Shown here one piece after another: positions 59,519 through 64,000 of a stretch of DNA of 64,000 bases. Position 1 is the stretch's first letter. Each line of letters opens with the position of its first letter. Origin of the DNA: Opitutales bacterium (lineage in GTDB: Bacteria > Verrucomicrobiota > Verrucomicrobiia > Opitutales > UBA2987); assembly GCA_965226885.1 (NCBI GenBank), contig CBDDEL010000013.1:192001-256000 (forward strand), given 5' to 3'. The notes under the pieces are model-generated. The model searched no databases and was not told where the DNA came from. It was given only the letters and a program-made list of their open reading frames with translations. A program made the translations under genes and the position numbers.

Positions 59519-61024
59519 GTGTATCGAGATATGAAGCAATGGACAAGAGTGCGGCACAAAGTGCTGCGGGACAAGCAGAGCAAGCGCTCTGTAATGCGAG
59601 AAGAGGGACTGCACTGGGAGACCCTGGGAAAGATGCTGGCCTATTCCCAGCCGCCGGGATACCGGCGCAAGAAGAGGCGAGAGCGCAAGATCGATCCGTA
59701 TGTGGGCTGGATCGAGGAGGTGCTCAAAGCGGACCGGAACGTGCCCAAGAAGCAGCGCCATACGGCCAAACGGATCTACCAGCGTTTGGGTCGGGAGAAG
59801 GGCTACCAAGGGGGCTACACGGCGGTCAAGGAGGTGGTGGCCGAGCTGCGAGCGAGGCGGCGGGAAGTGTTCGTGCCGCTGGAGCACCGCCCCGGGGAGG
59901 GACAGGTGGACTTCGGTCATGCCCTGGTGAAGGAGGCGGGGCAATTGCGTAGGCGGCCATTTTTTGCCATGAGCCTGCCCTACAGCGATGCCTTTTTCGT
60001 GCAGGTGTTCGAACGGGAGTGCACGGAGAGCTTCTGGGAGGGGCCCCTGCGAGCTTTTGAGTTTTTCGGGGCGGTGCCCCGGCGCATCAGCTATGACAAC
60101 TCGAAGGTGGCGGTGGGTAAGATTATCGGTTCGCGTGAACGCAAGCTGACCGACGGGTTTCTGCAGCTACAGAGCCATTACCTGTTCGAGGAACACTTCT
60201 GTCTGCCCGCCCGGCCCAACGAGAAGGGCGTGGTCGAGGGGATCGTGCGTTATGCCCGGGCCAACTTCCTGGTACCGGTACCGCAGGTTCGGGACCTGGA
60301 GGAACTCAACGCAAAGCTGTTGGAGGCATGTGAGCGGGACATGGAGCGTAAATTACGCGGGAAAAGGGCGGTGAAAAAGGAACTGCTGGCCGAGGAGCGC
60401 GCCGTCATGCTGGCGTTGCCGCCCATACCCTTTGAAGCGAGCCGCAAACGCTCGACCTGCGTCAGCAGCCTCTCGCTGGTGCGCTTCGAGTGCAATGACT
60501 ATTCGGTGCCGGTGCGCTGCGCCCACCATCCGGTGGTGGTGGAAGGGTCCTGTCGGCAGGTGGTGATCTTCTGTGGGGGCCAAGAGGTGGCCCGGCACCG
60601 CCGCATTTGGGATAAAGAGCAAGTCTCTTTCGAGCCGGTGCACTACCTGGCTTTGCTGGAGAAAAAACCGGGCGCTTTGGACTTCGCCCGCCCACTCTCG
60701 GGCTGGCAGTTGCCGCAGTGCCTGCAGGTCCTCAGACGCCGGCTCGAAAGCCAATGCGGGGGCGAAGGCACCCGGGAGTATATCCGGGTGCTGCGGCTGT
60801 TGGAGAAACACCCCATGGCGGCCTTGCAGCAGGCCGTCGTCTCGGCCCTGCGGGTGGGGGGACTGACTCGTGAGGCCATCGCCCAGTATCTCTATCCTCA
60901 GGAAGACTACGGGAGCAGAACCTTCCGGCTGGACGGCCATCCACACCTGCGTCACGTCCGTGTGGCCGCCCCTGACCTCGGTGCCTACAGCGAACTGCTC
61001 AAGATTCCAGGAGGGGCTTTATGA
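59519..61024 (+). CDS. istA: IS21 transposase
   Basis: KKQRHTAKRI, QVDFG, YDN, NEKGVVE. Confidence 0.93.
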   Translation: MYRDMKQWTRVRHKVLRDKQSKRSVMREEGLHWETLGKMLAYSQPPGYRRKKRRERKIDPYVGWIEEVLKADRNVPKKQRHTAKRIYQRLGREKGYQGGYTAVKEVVAELRARRREVFVPLEHRPGEGQVDFGHALVKEAGQLRRRPFFAMSLPYSDAFFVQVFERECTESFWEGPLRAFEFFGAVPRRISYDNSKVAVGKIIGSRERKLTDGFLQLQSHYLFEEHFCLPARPNEKGVVEGIVRYARANFLVPVPQVRDLEELNAKLLEACERDMERKLRGKRAVKKELLAEERAVMLALPPIPFEASRKRSTCVSSLSLVRFECNDYSVPVRCAHHPVVVEGSCRQVVIFCGGQEVARHRRIWDKEQVSFEPVHYLALLEKKPGALDFARPLSGWQLPQCLQVLRRRLESQCGGEGTREYIRVLRLLEKHPMAALQQAVVSALRVGGLTREAIAQYLYPQEDYGSRTFRLDGHPHLRHVRVAAPDLGAYSELLKIPGGAL

Positions 61025-61788
61025 AGGAAGAAAAAAACCAGCTGCTGTTACACCATCACCTCAAGAAACTGAAGTTGCCCACCATCCTGCGCGAATGGCC
61101 GGCGGTGGCCGCGGCTTGTTCCCGGGACCGGCTCGATTACGCCGCCTTTTTGTTGCATCTGGTCGAACGGGAGCTCATTGAACGCGAACAGCGGGCCGCC
61201 CAGCGGCGGATCAAAAACGCCCGTTTCCCCGTGCTCAAGACCCTCGAGAGCTTCGCCTTTGAAGCGCAGCCCTCGATCAACGAAGCGCTCATCCGAGAGC
61301 TCATGCGCGGGGAGTATGTCGACCAGCGCGAAAACGTGCTGCTCCTCGGTAACGCCGGTACCGGTAAAACGCACCTGGCCACCGCCCTGGGCTTTGCCGC
61401 CTGTGCCCAGGGCCGGCGGATCCGTTTCTTCGGGGTCACCGCCCTGGTTACCCATATGCTCGAGCAACGCGACAACCACGACCTGCAGCGCTTCATGAAG
61501 CAACTCGAAAGGCTCGACCTACTCATCCTCGACGAACTCGGTTACGTCCCTTTTTCCAAGACCGGTTCCGAACTGCTCTTCGACGTGGTCAGCCGCGCTT
61601 ACGAGCGCACCAGTCTCATCGTCACCACCAACCTGCCCTTTGAGAACTGGATCGAAGTGCTCGGTTCCGAACGGCTCACCGGAGCTCTGCTGGACCGACT
61701 CACCCATCGGGTGCATATCCTCGAAGCCAACGGGCAAAGCTACCGCTTGCGCGATGCTCGACGCCGTCGCCGTGGCACAAAACAATAA
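61021..61788 (+). CDS. istB: IS21 helper ATPase
   Basis: GNAGTGKT, LILDELGY, TTNLPF, LDRLTH. Confidence 0.95.
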   Translation: MKEEKNQLLLHHHLKKLKLPTILREWPAVAAACSRDRLDYAAFLLHLVERELIEREQRAAQRRIKNARFPVLKTLESFAFEAQPSINEALIRELMRGEYVDQRENVLLLGNAGTGKTHLATALGFAACAQGRRIRFFGVTALVTHMLEQRDNHDLQRFMKQLERLDLLILDELGYVPFSKTGSELLFDVVSRAYERTSLIVTTNLPFENWIEVLGSERLTGALLDRLTHRVHILEANGQSYRLRDARRRRRGTKQ

Positions 61789-62249
61789 ACGCCTTGGGCC
61801 CGGCTCGTCGGCCTCCGGCCTCCTCACCGACCCCAAGCCAATCCCCAAAACCAACTCCCAAACCCTAAACCTTGACGTACCTGCAATTACTAACCTAAAC
61901 CTTATTCCAAGCGTACCGGTTTTACCCCGACCCCCGTACCGGTTTCATCCCGGCGTTTACACATAAACACGGATGATCTATTAAACACCACGCCAAAGGT
62001 GCTTTCTTTATCTACGTTCATCAGTGGTTCAACAAAGCATTCGGAATTAAGTCGGTTTTTCATAATAGTGAACAATAGAACACATATTGAAGCAATCCGC
62101 AAGCTTTTTTTTCATAAAAATGCAGTTTAATAATTCCTCAAAACTAGCCTTGGACATCAAGAGGTTAGCGGCAGTCCAAACGTTTCAATAATCATAATCA
62201 CAATTCATAGCCAAAAAAATTTTCTTTCTTCTGCATCCTTCATCTCTCT

Positions 62250-62284
62250 TCAACATTCGCGTTCATTGGCATTCATTCGCGGTT
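62250..62284 (-). repeat. Dispersed intergenic repeat (second copy)
   Basis: Reverse complement aaccgcgaatgaatgccaatgaacgcgaatgttga matches 18463-18497. Confidence 0.7.
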
Positions 62285-62377
62285 AGGATGATGGGTTTGA
62301 CGTCTAATCCGTGGTTCAATTATTTAGCATCGAATTACACCTCGTTAAAATGCGAGAAAACTGTTTGTCTGAAAATT

Positions 62378-63271
62378 ATGAATATCCAACCCCGCCTGGC
62401 TGAATTCAGCAACCAATTCATCCCTCTGGAGGAGATCGAGGCATTTTATACCCTTAAAGGCATCGAGGCGCCCCATGACCGGCCCTACGCCTGGTCCATG
62501 TCCGTTGTCACTCTTGATGGGATAACCTCTTTTCAGGAGAGCGAAGCCCTGGCCGGCGACACCATTGCCTTGACCCATATTAAAAACTCCGGTAGCGAGG
62601 CGGATTGGCGGCTCCTCAACGCCGGTTGGCTCTATGCCGACGCGGTCCTCGGCACGGGCCGCATCATCCGGGCCGAACCGGAAATCAAATGGGTTCCCGT
62701 TTTTCAAGACTTGATCGAATACCGGCAAAAAGTTCACAAAAAACCCGATCCCTTTCCCGCCAATCTAGTTATCACGGCAACCGGCGATTTCGATATGCGG
62801 CACCCCATGTTCAATGACGACCGCTTTCTCACCGTCATCCTGACCACCCGCTCGGGCCGGGAAACCATCCTCAGAAATAACCAGAAGGCAGCATCGGCGG
62901 GCATTCATCCCCTCAAGCGCGGCAACACCCGGCTGCAATCCTTCGGCGGCGAGACACTCAATTACCGGGAAGTCATGCGTTATTTAAGACAGGAAATGGG
63001 CATCCGCTATCTCGACGTCACCGCTGGCGGGAAACTCATTGCGGCCCTGGCCAAAGAAAAACTCCTCGACGAATGCCGCCTCACCTACGCAGGCCACTTT
63101 TCCGGCCCCCAAAATTCCGCCGGCGACCCACGGCCCGGATTATTCAACCTACCACCAGGACAATACTTCACCCCTCAAAACAACCCCCTCATCCAATACA
63201 AAGCCATCCGCCTCTACGGCCAACACCACCTCTTCCTCCGCGCAACCTACCACTACCGCACTAATCTTTAA
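62378..63271 (+). CDS. RibD C-terminal (pyrimidine reductase/DHFR-fold) domain protein
   Basis: RPYAWSMSVVTLDG, ADAVLGTGRIIRAE, AGGKL, LLDECRLT. Start uncertain (62288 or 62378). Confidence 0.7.
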   Translation: MNIQPRLAEFSNQFIPLEEIEAFYTLKGIEAPHDRPYAWSMSVVTLDGITSFQESEALAGDTIALTHIKNSGSEADWRLLNAGWLYADAVLGTGRIIRAEPEIKWVPVFQDLIEYRQKVHKKPDPFPANLVITATGDFDMRHPMFNDDRFLTVILTTRSGRETILRNNQKAASAGIHPLKRGNTRLQSFGGETLNYREVMRYLRQEMGIRYLDVTAGGKLIAALAKEKLLDECRLTYAGHFSGPQNSAGDPRPGLFNLPPGQYFTPQNNPLIQYKAIRLYGQHHLFLRATYHYRTNL

Positions 63272-63304
63272 AAAAGCTTCTACTTTTTAACGCTAGAAGT
63301 GCTC

Positions 63305-64000
63305 TCAATATTGCAACGGGACTTGGATGCGAAAGGGGTGGGGTGCACCTTGTTTTAGGGGTGGGAGAAAGAGCCAGTCTTTGAGGCCGTCACTTATGCA
63401 GGTGGCCGCTTCTGCATCCATATCCTCCAAGACGAGTTCTACTTTTCGCACTTTACCTGTTTTGTCAATGGTAAGGATGGCCGCTGTGTCGATGGGCCCT
63501 TGCCTCTCATATGGTTCTGGCGGCAGGTAGGGCAGGAATCTCACAAATGGAGTTTGTTTCAATGTATTTTCAGCGTTGTTTTTTAGGTATTCGGAAACGA
63601 GTTGTTTATGATATATTTCTTCCTGTTTGCGGAAATAGGAATAGATTTCCGAACTGAGACTGCTTCGTATTTCGTACCCGTTTGAGTAAAAAATTGGGAT
63701 GAGAATGTAGTCGTCACCGGCTTCAAAAAAATCAGGCATGAAGTTCACATCAATCGTTAAGTCGATATCGTCCCGGTCTTTTAACGATCCCAGTTTTTTG
63801 AATGTAATATTGATGCGCTCGGCAGTGAGTTCGTCCAATTGCATAGCCGAGCTGGGAATACAAATAGCCACCAAATAGACGTTGTCGAGGTTGCCATTGG
63901 CCTTCATTTTGGCCGAATAACTTCCCACTAAACTGGACTTGGAGCCTGAAATAGTTATGGTGGAATCGAGGGAGTAAACCCCGTCATAGGTGCTTACAAA
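63305..64000 (-). CDS. Protein with TonB C-terminal-like domain (5' end beyond window)
   Basis: Frame is open to the window end; LTIDKTGKV...WLFLPPLKQG...IQVPL. Confidence 0.6.
   Translation of the reverse strand, partial: FVSTYDGVYSLDSTITISGSKSSLVGSYSAKMKANGNLDNVYLVAICIPSSAMQLDELTAERINITFKKLGSLKDRDDIDLTIDVNFMPDFFEAGDDYILIPIFYSNGYEIRSSLSSEIYSYFRKQEEIYHKQLVSEYLKNNAENTLKQTPFVRFLPYLPPEPYERQGPIDTAAILTIDKTGKVRKVELVLEDMDAEAATCISDGLKDWLFLPPLKQGAPHPFRIQVPLQY

Larger units (their letters stand above)
59445..61961 (+). mobile_element. IS21-family element, complete (2517 bp)
   Basis: tgtaaacgccggg / cccggcgtttaca ends; repeated aaaccggtacg subterminal boxes; 6-bp TSD cataaa. Confidence 0.95.

Overview
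Bacterial chromosomal region, probably Verrucomicrobiota/Opitutales (inferred from protein character only, not tested by search). It shows heavy insertion-sequence proliferation and gene decay. There are 13 IS copies or fragments from four families (IS1 x4, IS1380 x5, IS3 x3, IS21 x1), about 14.8 kb or 23% of the window by my coordinate sums, and about 14 disrupted, truncated or frameshifted genes. Intact genes include a split hopanoid modification/transport cluster (ispH-hpnH-hpnB-hpnM-vacJ ... hpnN-hpnA), pyrG, kdsA, obgE, upp, rbsK, msrPQ, glgA, a dimeric dUTPase, a higBA toxin-antitoxin pair and several transport/glycosyltransferase genes. Removing the IS elements by hand reveals the most interesting signals. 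(1) An aromatic-rich ~95-aa C-terminal domain is shared by unrelated secreted proteins, with an orphaned 3' end copy nearby; it is a candidate lineage-specific protein sorting/anchoring signal. (2) A multi-hairpin, terminator-ended candidate small RNA lies behind a very AT-rich promoter region and is split by IS1380. No rRNA, tRNA, CRISPR array or reverse transcriptase was seen. Single-base frameshifts could be sequencing errors and need read-level checking.
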